This document shows positions 41,687 through 53,713 of a DNA stretch of 64,000 nucleotides, in pieces (within the stretch, counting starts at the first letter, position 1; the number at the start of each line of letters is the position of its first letter). Below the pieces are notes generated by a model. It did not search any database and was not told the origin of the DNA. It saw nothing but the letters and a program-made list of their open reading frames with translations. The DNA is from Daphnia carinata. Lineage: Eukaryota. The position numbers were made by a program, and so were the translations under genes. The stretch spans positions 4,340,001 through 4,404,000 of the forward strand of contig NC_081331.1 in the NCBI RefSeq assembly GCF_022539665.2, written 5' to 3'.

Positions 41687-42380
41687 TGCACAATCATCTA
41701 ACGTGAATCACTGCACACGCTTTGGCGACAACTGACTACAAGAACATCACATCTGACTTCACAAATGCAAACTGTCTCGCGTCTGGTAAACAAAGTTCCT
41801 GAATTTCAGCCAAAAAATGATAGCCCAAGACCTTGAGACAATGTGGCGCTTCGCTTTCAAGGTTACACAAAAGGGTGCAAAAGTTACGTGTTACCAACCA
41901 AAATAGGTGCAAAGACTGTTTTGTAATCGCACAGCATACATACGCACATTGACTACTAAAAACAATATGCCAAGTATGCTAAGAACCTGCAGCAAATATT
42001 TAGAAATACGAATAAAAAAAGAAAAAGACTCAGACGAAATTTGGGGTAAAGAAATTTTACGGATTTCAAGGTTGTAGCTAAAGAGCAAATAGATTTAAAA
42101 TCAAACATTTAATTTATTTTCGATTAATTTACATTAATTGCATCCCATTCTTCGTTCTGCGAATCAGTATAAAGCCAATCGGAGATTTACAAATATTACA
42201 AATACCACAAAGTGTTCCCATGATCCCATCCTACACCTATAAGCTTTGACTACCAAACGGTACAAATGTCATACATCAAGGCATGTATTATTGCCCGAAT
42301 GTTACCGTATACGATAAGAAAAACTTAGTTTCTAACGTCTGTTGCCACACACTCCCGTGGTACTATACATAGACCAAATA

Positions 42381-44745
42381 TTAAAGTTTGCTGGTAACCG
42401 GTTTGTCGTTGAATGCTACTTTGGCGAATTCTACCTTATTAACTTTACCTAACGCATTTCGAGGTAGTTCGGAATAAATTCGCCATTCACTTGGCACTAT
42501 ATAAGGTGCCATTCTTTCTTTACACCACTTTTTTAAAGCTACTAGGTCTATGCTTTTTTCAGGATTCACGAGTACGATGACAGCTGCAACCTGTAAAACA
42601 AACATAAACGCGGGCTAGACAGTTGTGAATATTCCAGTAAATTAATTTGATACCTTTTGTCCCCACGTAACATCAGGAATTCCAAATACTGTACAGTCTA
42701 CTATTTCGGGATGACCAAGAAGGTGTGTTTCAATTTCAAGGGCACTTATTTTGAAGCCACCTGATTTTATTATGTCTGCAGATAAACGTCCAAGAATCTT
42801 GAAGTAACCGTTGTCGTATTGAACTGCATCTCCTGTAAAAACCTATCATTTTTAGCTTCTAGCGTTCAAATTATTTGTTTAAATCTAATAAAATTGTTTA
42901 AGTAAGAAAGACAATCTAGAAGTTGGCACACCAGTTCGAAACCATCCGTCTGCAGTGAAATCTTTCGCTGTAGCTTCCGGTTTATTCCAGTAACCATGGA
43001 AAACGTTTGGCCCTTTAATGATAAGATCACCGCTTATAACTTTCTACAAATAAAAAAATACAGTAAAGTCCTTTTATGTACGTTGTAGAAGCAACATTAA
43101 CAACACAATACGATTGCCTAAATGAAGCCTTCTTACATCGTTTTTCACGTGAGATGAAAACTGCTCGTGGCTTGTTTCGAATAACACTTGATAATTTGCT
43201 TTAGCTCCAAGCGAAGAGGGTTGAAATTCAACTAGTCTGATACTGACCCCTGGCGATGGAACCCCGACGTAGCCTTAGGAAAAAAAAACATAAATTAATT
43301 AGAAATTGCTTACGCTTGACAAGGAATTGCTAGATGCCATAGGACTGTTGATCATGTTCAAATGATTTCGGTACCAACCACTCACCGGCACGTCTCTCTC
43401 CATCTAAGGGAATCGACAAAACTGAACCAATTTCTGTCATTCCATAACGTTCTACAATTTCGAGTCCTGTTGCCGCTTTCCATTTATGAAACACTGGTTC
43501 AGGGAGAGCCGCAGACCCGCTAATCATTACCCTACGTGGAAATAGTTCAATCTGTTATGTTATCGTTTTATTTACCGTTTGAATACAGTAAGTTGTACCT
43601 GATGCTGTTGGAGATGCTCGCTTTCACATATTCTCTTGTCCGGGGATTATCCCCAAAAGCAGTATCATGATGTGCAAGTAGCTTGCTGTACATGGTGGGT
43701 ACTCCCATGAAGATAGTCGGTTTCTGCTCTCGATTCACATTAGTGTTTAGGAAATGATCCCAAATTGTTTTGGAATCAAATTTAGGCAGCATAATACAAC
43801 TAAATCATGTATCAACAGAAGACTACTCCTTAATGGATATTAATGAATTCTTTCCCAAATTGATACCTGGCTCCAACATAGAGAGGGCACAGCAGAGCAT
43901 TTACGACCCCGTGGGTATGATGAAGCGGGAGTGCATGGACTATGACATCTTTTTTGGTCCACTGCCACACCTCGATTAGCATGCGTACTTGAGCATTGAT
44001 GTTTCTATGACTCAATAGAACTCCTTTCGGTTTCCCAGTAGTTCCGCTAGTGTATAACATCATCGCATCAGAATCGCGATAGAAATTAATGGATTTTGTG
44101 CCACTGAGGATGGATTCTAGTTGGGAGGGCAAACACTTTTCATTTGTTTCCTGTTGCCATGATTCTTCAAGAATTAACGATTGAATTTCATTTCCAACTG
44201 TTTTTTTAAGTGCAGAAAGCAACTCTGAATGACTTTGAGATGCAATCAATAATGCAGCACTACAGTCCTTTAAATAGTAACCTAATAAAGAAGGGGGATG
44301 TACAGGACTGAGTGGTACAGCTGTAATATAAATAATAATGATCACTTTAAGAGAACAATATTCTCATTCCAGTAATATAAATACCAATGTGACCAGCAGC
44401 CCAACAGGCCCATTGGGATACGACATAAGTGGAATCATTTGGGCAGAGAAATCCAATTCTTTCTTGACTCTTTCCTGTACCAACAGTGTCATTTATGAGG
44501 GTTGACAGCCTAACGGCTTTTAGCAACACATCCAAATAGGTGTGGGAACCATAGTTGTCTTTTATTGCAACTCTATCCAAATGTTGTAGAGCAATGTGAT
44601 GAGCAGGAACTACATCATTGTCATTCATTATGATTTTTTTTCTGCCTTGAGTACCTGCATAATTGACCGAGTACGACCAATTACGATGGGTTATTGAAAG
44701 AACAATGGATCTTAATGACTTCAGGAAAACAAGACGCATCGCCAT
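42381..44745 (-). CDS. ACSF3: Malonyl-CoA synthetase ACSF3-like, copy 2 (tandem paralog)
   Basis: [46 protein letters not shown]. Same exon layout as copy 1. Confidence 0.85.
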
Positions 44746-45039
44746 ATTATTGTAAATAACAATGACTTTCAGGATAACATTTAAACATTGAAAGTTTTAA
44801 CTTTACAAGTAAAGATGGATTTTCACTAATAAGAATATTAATTAACCTGTGCAACCTTTGAGTTACGTGAAGGATATGGCAATCCGTTTTACCACCCCCA
44901 AAACAAGTATTGTTATTATTTCTGTTTTACTGCTATCACCATCTACCGGTCACTTTCTAGTAAATTCTCAAAGTCAGTTTTTACAGCTATGGCCATCTAG
45001 CGGCCAGATTCCTATTTAACTTTCTCATTCATTCCTTCA

Positions 45040-46700
45040 GACATGGATTGGATATGGTTACTTGAACACTGGATTTGCAAATGCAGTACAGCTGACTTAT
45101 GTTTCACATGGTCAGTTGGAGATTTCCCAGGCAAAATTTCTAGTAACTCAACATTTGGTAACATCTTTACTATAATTTTATTCAGTATCCTGCATGTCTC
45201 ATTAATTAAGATTTAAATCCTTTTATAGATTGTCACATCAGTGAGCAAGGTTTAGTTTAGGGATTGAGAGCCCTCAGTGACTATAACACCTAGCCCATAT
45301 TCAAATTGTAGCACTTGATTGCTGCCACTGATTCTTCAAAATGCCTATCTTGTATAGTTGTATGTAATGCTTGACAGCCAAATGGTACTCCGACGTCACA
45401 TAAATATCAATTGTTTACTTTATTTACATTTATTAAAAATTTTTGAAGGAATGATTTAAACAAATGCCAAAGGTGAGACATGCTGGATAAGCTTGATATG
45501 AATGTGTAGACGTAGTTTTGGAATGCAGCGGTGAAGCCGGCTGTTGGGTAAAACTTCATTAAAATTTTGTTTCAATTCAATATGTTTCAGTTACTATTTG
45601 TGTGATTACGCAAAGGATTGCGCCATCCAGGCAATGTGGATATTCTGCCATGTACATAATAAACCGAGGATTCTTCGTCAACATGCAAGATGTTACTCCC
45701 TGGTAATGCTTTTCTGCTGAGTTTGTTTAGTTTTCTAATTTAAACTTTAATGTTGTATTAGTAAACTACTGTTGGCAGAAAAGCTGATACATTGGGAAAA
45801 CGGTTATGGCAAGTGCGATGAATACATCACCATAGGGTCAGTTGTCTTGCCTTCACAATTGCAACAAAGATGAATCATGGAGTCAGAAACATTAAAAGGT
45901 GAACTATTTTAAATTTTTTAATTGTTTTAATTGGTGTATCGCTAAGTGCTGATACATGTGTAGAACATGCTGAAATTCATGTCATCCTGGATAGGACTAA
46001 AAAAAACGAGCTTTATCCACGAAGCAGCTCATTAATCATGTCCCAAACGATTGTCTGCGTCAGCCAGCAATCTTTCAATGGCTAACAAGCATTTAATAGT
46101 TTTGAAAATCGCGGTTTGCACTCCCTAAGGCGACATTCTTTAATCCTCACCTGTAAATAGATTTGAGTGCAACCATTTCTATTCTGAACTTTCGCCTACG
46201 AAATTCTTTTTCCATAAAATCAGGTGATATGATGTTATAATGGAAATTGTTGCCAAGACTGCCGAGACCAGGTACATTGTTTACCTTAACGTTTAGTGAT
46301 CAAAACAACCAACTTTGTAACTTATCTGTTTTTTATGGTGCATGGAACGTCCAACCGGAAAGCCCATGGAAGATCTCTGTGTCCAACACGAAGGGTTCTT
46401 CGAAACTTTCGTATTCAAGTTTTGGCTATGGTGATCATTTGCAACTGCATAGCCTTTAGAAGCTCATGCCAGGAATCTACAGGAATATGGCAGATGATGA
46501 ATTTATGTACCATGTAAGCAACATCGATAAGAACGTCTTATGCTTATCTATGTTTTATTTTCTTAATTTAGATTAATAGCAATAGTGAACTTGCGAACGT
46601 TTCTGGTTGGGATGTGATGACGAAAAGTTATAATAATTTGAAGTACGGAATTGAATTTCTCTCCATCAGTCGCCTGGGTATTCCCGCGTATTACGGTATT
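45040..46700 (+). pseudogene. Degenerate intron-containing, Cys-rich gene remnant(s) in the left arm of element 2 (mirrored in the right arm)
   Basis: Alternating GC-richer exon-like and AT-rich GT…AG intron-like segments. Many stops. Confidence 0.5.
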
Positions 46701-46708
46701 AATTATTT

Positions 46709-47180
46709 AAAAATTGAAGTGCATATCTGGGCTCCCTTCCTTTCCGTAGCCCCGTTTCCCCTTGACTCGTAATAAGCCCGTAGGGGGTCATGCCCCTACT
46801 GTACGGTATATATAAAAACAACATATACCGAGGTTTGGAGGGCTCTGGCCGGAAAGGGGACGTGGGGTGCCGCTTAGTCCGATGATGTGTTCACGGAGGG
46901 CTCTGTGGCTACCCACAAATCCGAACTAAAGGTTAATCGCTCCTGTAAAAATGTTCCAAATCTTCAGCTCTTCTTCCGGCTTCTCTTAGCCAATCACCGG
47001 GTAATCTCCCCGGTGGGTCAACAAGGCAGTGTCTCCCCCTGCCTGGGTTGACGGCAACTTTTGAAAGGGCTATTGTGCCTTTTTAAAGTTGCAAAAATAA
47101 TTGTAATGTGCAGAGAATTGTCAATAAAATTTTTTTTATAAAAAATTTTTTGCAAAATTTGTTTCTTTCATTGTCTGTGT
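46709..47180. repeat. Conserved hairpin-rich core, copy 3
   Basis: Near-identical to 16,088-16,560. Confidence 0.9.
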
Positions 47181-47318
47181 TCGCTGTGTTCATCCGTTAC
47201 ATTTATCAACTTTGTTTTGTTTAGCTTGCACAATTTACCATTATTGTTTATTCCACCTTTTTAAGATAAGCATTGTTTCCATTCGTTTATCATTTATCTG
47301 TAAGCATTCAATTATTAT

Positions 47319-47381
47319 CCAGGGATCGAACACTGGATGTTCGGCATACAGCGCCCATGCTCTACCAATGAGCCATGAATC
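47319..47381 (-). pseudogene. tRNA-like module (counterpart of 16,682-16,744)
   Basis: A-box TGGCTCATTGG, B-box GTTCGATCC. Confidence 0.6.
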
Positions 47382-47488
47382 ATATGATAAGAGGTTGGCT
47401 TTTTTCTAGTCACTTGCGGACTTGCATTTACACTTAGAATAAAACGGAAATGCAATATTTTTTCATATATTTATTCTGCTTCATTTAT

Positions 47489-47560
47489 ATACATCTACTG
47501 AGGTTTGAACCCTGGGTAATAGATATCGCATCTAAAGGCTCTACCACAAAGCTATGGACC
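47489..47560 (-). pseudogene. tRNA-like module (counterpart of 16,860-16,930)
   Basis: A-box TAGCTTTGTGG, B-box GGTTCAAACC. Confidence 0.55.
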
Positions 47561-47658
47561 TTAAGGAAGCAATAGACAGATAAACATATAGTCGTGAAAG
47601 ACTGCATAAACATCCTAGACGATAAAATATGATATGCGATAATGAAATATTTAGATAT

Positions 47659-47728
47659 ATCTCGTGGCTCAATGTTAGAGCATCGGCGTTGCACGCTGAA
47701 TGTCTGGGGATCGATTCCCATGCGAGTA
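47659..47728 (+). pseudogene. tRNA-Ala-like module (counterpart of 17,029-17,098)
   Basis: TGGCTCAATGTTAGAGCA…TTGCA…GGGATCGATTCCC. Confidence 0.6.
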
Positions 47729-47962
47729 AAATAAAATACAAACAACAAATTAAAATACACAGTACAAAATTACTTGAGAAAATATCCAGTTATTACACGT
47801 TATTCCTTGAATCTAATTCAAAGAATGTAATAAATAACAACTGAATACTTACAGATAAACCTAGGGAAACAATGCTTACCATCAAAGGTAGCATAAACAA
47901 TGATGGTGAATGTGCAAGCTAAACAAAACAAAGTTGATAAATGTAACGGATGAACACAGCGA

Positions 47963-48434
47963 ACACAGACAATGAAAGAAACAAATTTTGCAAAAAATTT
48001 TTTATAAAAAAAATTTTATTGACAATTCTCTGCACATTACAATTATTTTTGCAACTTTAAAAAGGCACAATAGCCCTTTCAAAAGTTGCCGTCAACCCAG
48101 GCAGGGGGAGACACTGCCTTGTTGACCCACCGGGGAGATTACCCGGTGATTGGCTAAGAGAAGCCGGAAGAAGAGCTGAAGATTTGGAACATTTTTACAG
48201 GAGCGATTAACCTTTAGTTCGGATTTGTGGGTAGCCACAGAGCCCTCCGTGAACACATCATCGGACTAAGCGGCACCCCACGTCCCCTTTCCGGCCAGAG
48301 CCCTCCAAACCTCGGTATATGTTGTTTTTATATATACCGTACAGTAGGGGCATGACCCCCTACGGGCTTATTACGAGTCAAGGGGAAACGGGGCTACGGA
48401 AAGGAAGGGAGCCCAGATATGCACTTCAATTTTT
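47963..48434. repeat. Conserved hairpin-rich core, copy 4 (inverted)
   Basis: Reverse complement of 46,709-47,180. Confidence 0.9.
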
Positions 48435-50474
48435 AAATAATTAATACCGTAATACGCGGGAATACCCAGGCGACTGATGGAGAGAAATTCAATTCCGTAC
48501 TTCAAATTATTATAACTTTTCGTCATCACATCCCAACCAGAAACGTTCGCAAGTTCACTATTGCTATTAATCTAAATTAAGAAAATAAAACATAGATAAG
48601 CATAAGACGTTCTTATCGATGTTGCTTACATGGTACATAAATTCATCATCTGCCATATTCCTGTAGATTCCTGGCAGGAGCTTCTAAAGGCTATGCAGTT
48701 GCAAATGATCACCATAGCCAAAACTTGAATACGAAAGTTTCGAAGAACCCTTCGTGTTGGACACAGAGATCTTCCATGGGCTTTCCGGTTGGACGTTCCA
48801 TGCACCATAAAAAACAGATAAGTTACAAAGTTGGTTGTTTTGATCACTAAACGTTAAGGTAAACAATGTACCTGGTCTCGGCAGTCTTGACAACAATTTC
48901 CATTATAACATCATATCACCTGATTTTATGGAAAAAGAATTTCGTAGGCGACAGTTCAGAATAGAAATGGTTGCACTCAAATCTATTTACAGGTGAGGAT
49001 TAAGGAATGTCGCCTTAGGGAGTGCAAACCGCGATTTTCAAAACTATTAAATGCTTGTTAGCCATTGAAAGATTGCTGGCTGACGCAGACAATCGTTTGG
49101 GACATGATTAATGAGCTGCTTCGTGGATAAAGCTCGTTTTTTTTAGTCCTCTCCAGGATGACATGAATTTCAGCATGTTCTACACATGTATCAGCACTTA
49201 GCGATACACCAATTAAAACAATTAAAAAATTTAAAATAGTTCACCTTTTAATGTTTCTGACTCCATGATTCATCTTTGTTGCAATTGTGAAGGCAAGACA
49301 ACTGACCCTATGGTGATGTATTCATCGCACTTGCCATAACCGTTTTCCCAATGTATCAGCTTTTCTGCCAACAGTAGTTTACTAATACAACATTAAAGTT
49401 TAAATTAGAAAACTAAACAAACTCAGCAGAAAAGCATTACCAGGGAGTAACATCTTGCATGTTGACGAAGAATCCTCGGTTTATTATGTACATGGCAGAA
49501 TATCCACATTGCCTGGATGGCGCAATCCTTTGCGTAATCACACAAATAGTAACTGAAACATATTGAATTGAAACAAAATTTTAATGAAGTTTTACCCAAC
49601 AGCCGGCTTCACCGCTGCATTCCAAAACTACGTCTACACATTCATATCAAGCTTATCCAGCATGTCTCACCTTTGGCATTTGTTTAAATCATTCCTTCAA
49701 AAATTTTTAATAAATGTAAATAAAGTAAACAATTGATATTTATGTGACGTCGGAGTACCATTTGGCTGTCAAGCATTACATACAACTATACAAGATAGGC
49801 ATTTTGAAGAATCAGTGGCAGCAATCAAGTGCTACAATTTGAATATGGGCTAGGTGTTATAGTCACTGAGGGCTCTCAATCCCTAAACTAAACCTTGCTC
49901 ACTGATGTGACAATCTATAAAAGGATTTAAATCTTAATTAATGAGACATGCAGGATACTGAATAAAATTATAGTAAAGATTTACCAAATGCTGAGTTACT
50001 AGAAATTTTGCCTGGGAAATCTCCAACTGACCATGTGAAACATAAGTCAGCTGTACTGCATTTGCAAATCCAGTGTTCAAGTAACCATATCCAATCCATG
50101 TCTGAAGGAATGAATGAGAAAGTTAAATAGGAATCTGGCCGCTAGATGGCCATAGCTGTAAAAAAGAAAAAAAAGGCCAAAATTTTTTTTTTTTTTGGGT
50201 AAAAAGGATTGCCATATGCCACAAAAACCAACGGAAATTTTCCCAATGATTTTGATTTTAGAAAAGGCATTTTCCTCGTATTTTTTCCATTAGAGTCAAT
50301 CGGGGTCGATCGCTAGATATTAAGCACGTTCGTTATAGTTTCAAAAGGCAACGCTGTATTCAACTGTCAACACAAAATTTGTTTGGAAATTTATCCCAAC
50401 TGCACAAAAACACGAAAACAAACAGTGCTTCGGGATATTATACTTGAATTAAAGTTGGTGTTACATCTACAATC

Positions 50475-52902
50475 ATGAGTCGCAATGTCCCGTCCGGTGC
50501 AGTGCCGAATTCTACTCAAGCTGCTGGTTCCGCTTCCGTTGCAGCACCTTCAAGCACTGCATCTGGTCTTGAAGTCCTCGGTATTCCAGGGGGAACCTTT
50601 CTCCGAGAAGCATTAACTTCGTGCAGTGATCCACTTCAGGCCATTGAAGAATTCCAAGTTGAAAATGGAATCCTTTTGCCTTCGTTAAGACCAATGATGC
50701 CCCTTTTGGATTTACATGGAGTTAAACGACTGGATTTTCATATATCTGTCATGGAGGTTTCTTGTATAATCTAGTTTGTTAAACAGCAATTTTGTTTTAA
50801 CATATTGTTTGGTGTAAGGCTCTTCGAGAAAAACTTTTAGCCCAAATTGCTGATTTAGGTAAACATCTTGTGGATTTTATAATCAATATGAAATTCTAAT
50901 TAGCTGATTAATTTAGGTCAAAAAGAGGGAAAAGATAAAGATAAAAAGTTAAAAGAATTGCTTAACAAAAGCTTTCTTGTTGTAAAAACCAAAGCTCTCC
51001 GACCAGTTGTTATGGCAGTCATGAAGCATCTTTCTCATGTGGATGACAAATATCTCAAAGTTTTGGTAACTGACTTTGTCATGCCATTCAGATTTGAAAA
51101 TCAATTAATGATTTCTCTCAGGTAAAAGACAAAGAACTCTATGATGATTGTGATACTGTGGTTAAGAGGCAAATGTGGAAAGGTATCATTACTCATTTAG
51201 CTAAAATAGCTGTATCTCTCATTTTTAAAATTAAATATCTAGACAACCAATCCCTTTTTGGTGATGAAGTATCACCCCTGCTCAGCCAGTATATCAAAGA
51301 AAAGGAGCAACTTCTTTTTGATCAAAATAATCTTACAAATTTGTTTTTCCTACCATCTCCAAAGGTAGAAATTCCTTTCGTTGGAACTATTGGAATCGAT
51401 GTGAAAATCATTTAAATACTGATAATTACCAAAAATTTAGGTTCGCCGTCAAGGAGAAGTCGTCCAGAAACTCGCACACATGATTGGGAATAACGTTCGA
51501 CTTTACGACATGGTTTTACAGTTTTTACGGACACTCTTTTTGCGCACGCGAAACGTTCATTACTGTACCTTGCGCGCCGAGCTGCTCATGGCTCTCCATG
51601 AAACTGAAGTGCAGGAGATTACTAATGTGGATCCATGCCACAAGTTTACTTGGTGCGTGGACGCTTGTATCAGAGAACGCAATGTCGACACAAAGCGTTC
51701 ACGAGAGATTCAGGCATTTCTTGACGGTATCAAAAGTGGTCAAGAGCAAGTTCTTGGGGATCTATCGATGATGCTTTGTGATCCCTATGCTGTCCATTTC
51801 TTGGCCACTTCGTCTTTAAAAATTTTGCATAACCTGGTCGTGTCAGAGAGCCTCCCTCGGGAACACCATATTCTGCTTTTATTGTTACGCATGCTTGCTC
51901 TTGGACTAAGTGCATGGCAAATGATCGATTCACAGGTTGGCAGGGATTCAAAAGCCGTCGTTCATAATTAATTCTTTAAAATCTTGCATAGGAATTTCGT
52001 GAACCACGACTTGATTCTCAAGTTGTCACTAAGTTCCTTCCAGCTCTCATGTCGCTGATGGTGGACGACCAAGTCCGATCTCTAAATGCAAAATTACCCA
52101 GTGATGAGCGGGAATCGGCTCTGACAGTTATTGAACATTCAGGTATTCAAGGAGAATTCCTTAGTTTACTGCAAATTTGCATTACTTAAGTCAAAAATAA
52201 TGATAAAATAGGTCCACCTCCTGATGCCTTCCAAGCATACATTTCAGAAAGTAGTGTTCCTTGTGTACTGGCGATGTATTATACCCTGCAGGTATCGAAA
52301 TTGCTTGAGGATCAGAAATGGCTTAATACATCAACTTCTTGGTTTCAGGTTGCAAGGAGTAGAGACAAAGTGGCTCTAACGCGTGTGCTAGGCACGCTGG
52401 CTGTAGGACATGGTGAAAGATCATTTGAAGATCCCTTCCTCCACACTTTGGTAAAATCTTCTAGCCATATTAAGTTTTGGGATCCATCAATAAATAATTT
52501 CGTTTGGGTATTAGGTTGCTCATCTTATCCCAATGCAGGATGAATTTGTCAATGAAATGTTCTGTACAGTTGTTTTTGATGAATTTTTCTTCACTTCTAT
52601 TGGCAAGGAAAATGTTGTCAGACATCTAACCAAACTGGTGTGGTATATTCACCATAAGCTACCTGCAGCTCGGCTTAATACCCTCATGAAGGCACTTCAA
52701 CCCAATTCTCAATCCCCTGAAATTATGCATCAGGTATAATCATTCACCGACAACATATTTACAGTATGAATCATTGACTTTCTGCAATTAGGTCTACAAG
52801 CAATTGGAGCAAAGAATTGAATCTTACCAAGTGAATCCCACCCAGGGAGTTCACAATGAAGATTCTGTCTTGATGAATGTACCTACTCCAATGTCAATAT
52901 AG
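50475..52902 (+). CDS. NELFB: Negative elongation factor B (COBRA1)
   Basis: AIEEFQVENGILLPSLRPMMPLLDLHGV, LYDMVLQFLRTLFLRTRNVHYCTLRAELLMALH, DPCHKFTWCVDAC. Confidence 0.95.
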
Positions 52903-52956
52903 AATAAAAATGACAGTGTGTATTGGTCGGACAAAGAAATAGATTTAATGATGATT

Positions 52957-53238
52957 TTATTGGTAATAGAGTTCCAAATTCATTCCATCATGAATCTCAT
53001 CTATAAAGAATAAAGTTAATTGTGATATAGTAAACAAGAAAACTAGGGGCCTGTACTTACAATCTTCTAGTTTGATGTGGTCCTTGTAAATGGTATACCA
53101 CTTCTTTAAGACGATCTTCTCCCATCTAGTACCAGTTTGTGCGGCAATCAATTTTTTCAAATCGCCGATAGTGTCGTCAGGATTGCACTTGACTCTAACT
53201 TTCTTGCCCAGACGATCGTTACAGGTGATTTCAATCAT
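52957..53238 (-). CDS. UBL5: Ubiquitin-like protein 5 (Hub1), 2 exons
   Basis: [36 protein letters not shown]…[13 protein letters not shown]. Confidence 0.97.
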   Translation of the reverse strand: MIEITCNDRLGKKVRVKCNPDDTIGDLKKLIAAQTGTRWEKIVLKKWYTIYKDHIKLEDCKYRPLVFLFTISQLTLFFIDEIHDGMNLELYYQ

Positions 53239-53713
53239 CTCTGAGATTGTTAGTGAATCAACTAACTTTAGGAAATTGATTTGTAATTATGTGAATTTGG
53301 GGCCCACTCGACACATTTAACCTACGTGTTTTGACAGACAGAACAGAATGTGCGTAAGCTGCAGAAGACGATGCTAGCAGTGTTGCCTTTCGAATACAGT
53401 TCGAATTTTTAATGAAATATTTTGTTGTAAAAATTTAAATGAAAGAAACAAATCCAATATATCGAAAAATCTGTTGAACTTGAAGGTACAAGTTTTCCAC
53501 TGTAATATGCTATTGGATAGTTCGATAAAATTTACTTACGTAGATCGAAACGTTACAGCTTCAGCCTTCAGCAATCTTCCTCGTCTTCTGCTTTACTTTG
53601 TTTACCAATTCTTTCGCATTCCCGTATCGTACTGTAGCTTATACGTTTGCGTTTCTAGAAGACCGACCAATCTGCCTATTTAAAAATAGTGAGTAAGATT
53701 TCAATTAAGTGCA

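Larger units (their letters stand above)
44878..50213. mobile_element. Giant palindromic (foldback-like) non-autonomous DNA element 2
   Basis: ATAT|GGCAATCCGTTTTACC … GGTAAAAAGGATTGCC|ATAT. Near-identical inverted arms ~44,978-47,232 and ~47,911-50,164. Confidence 0.88.
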
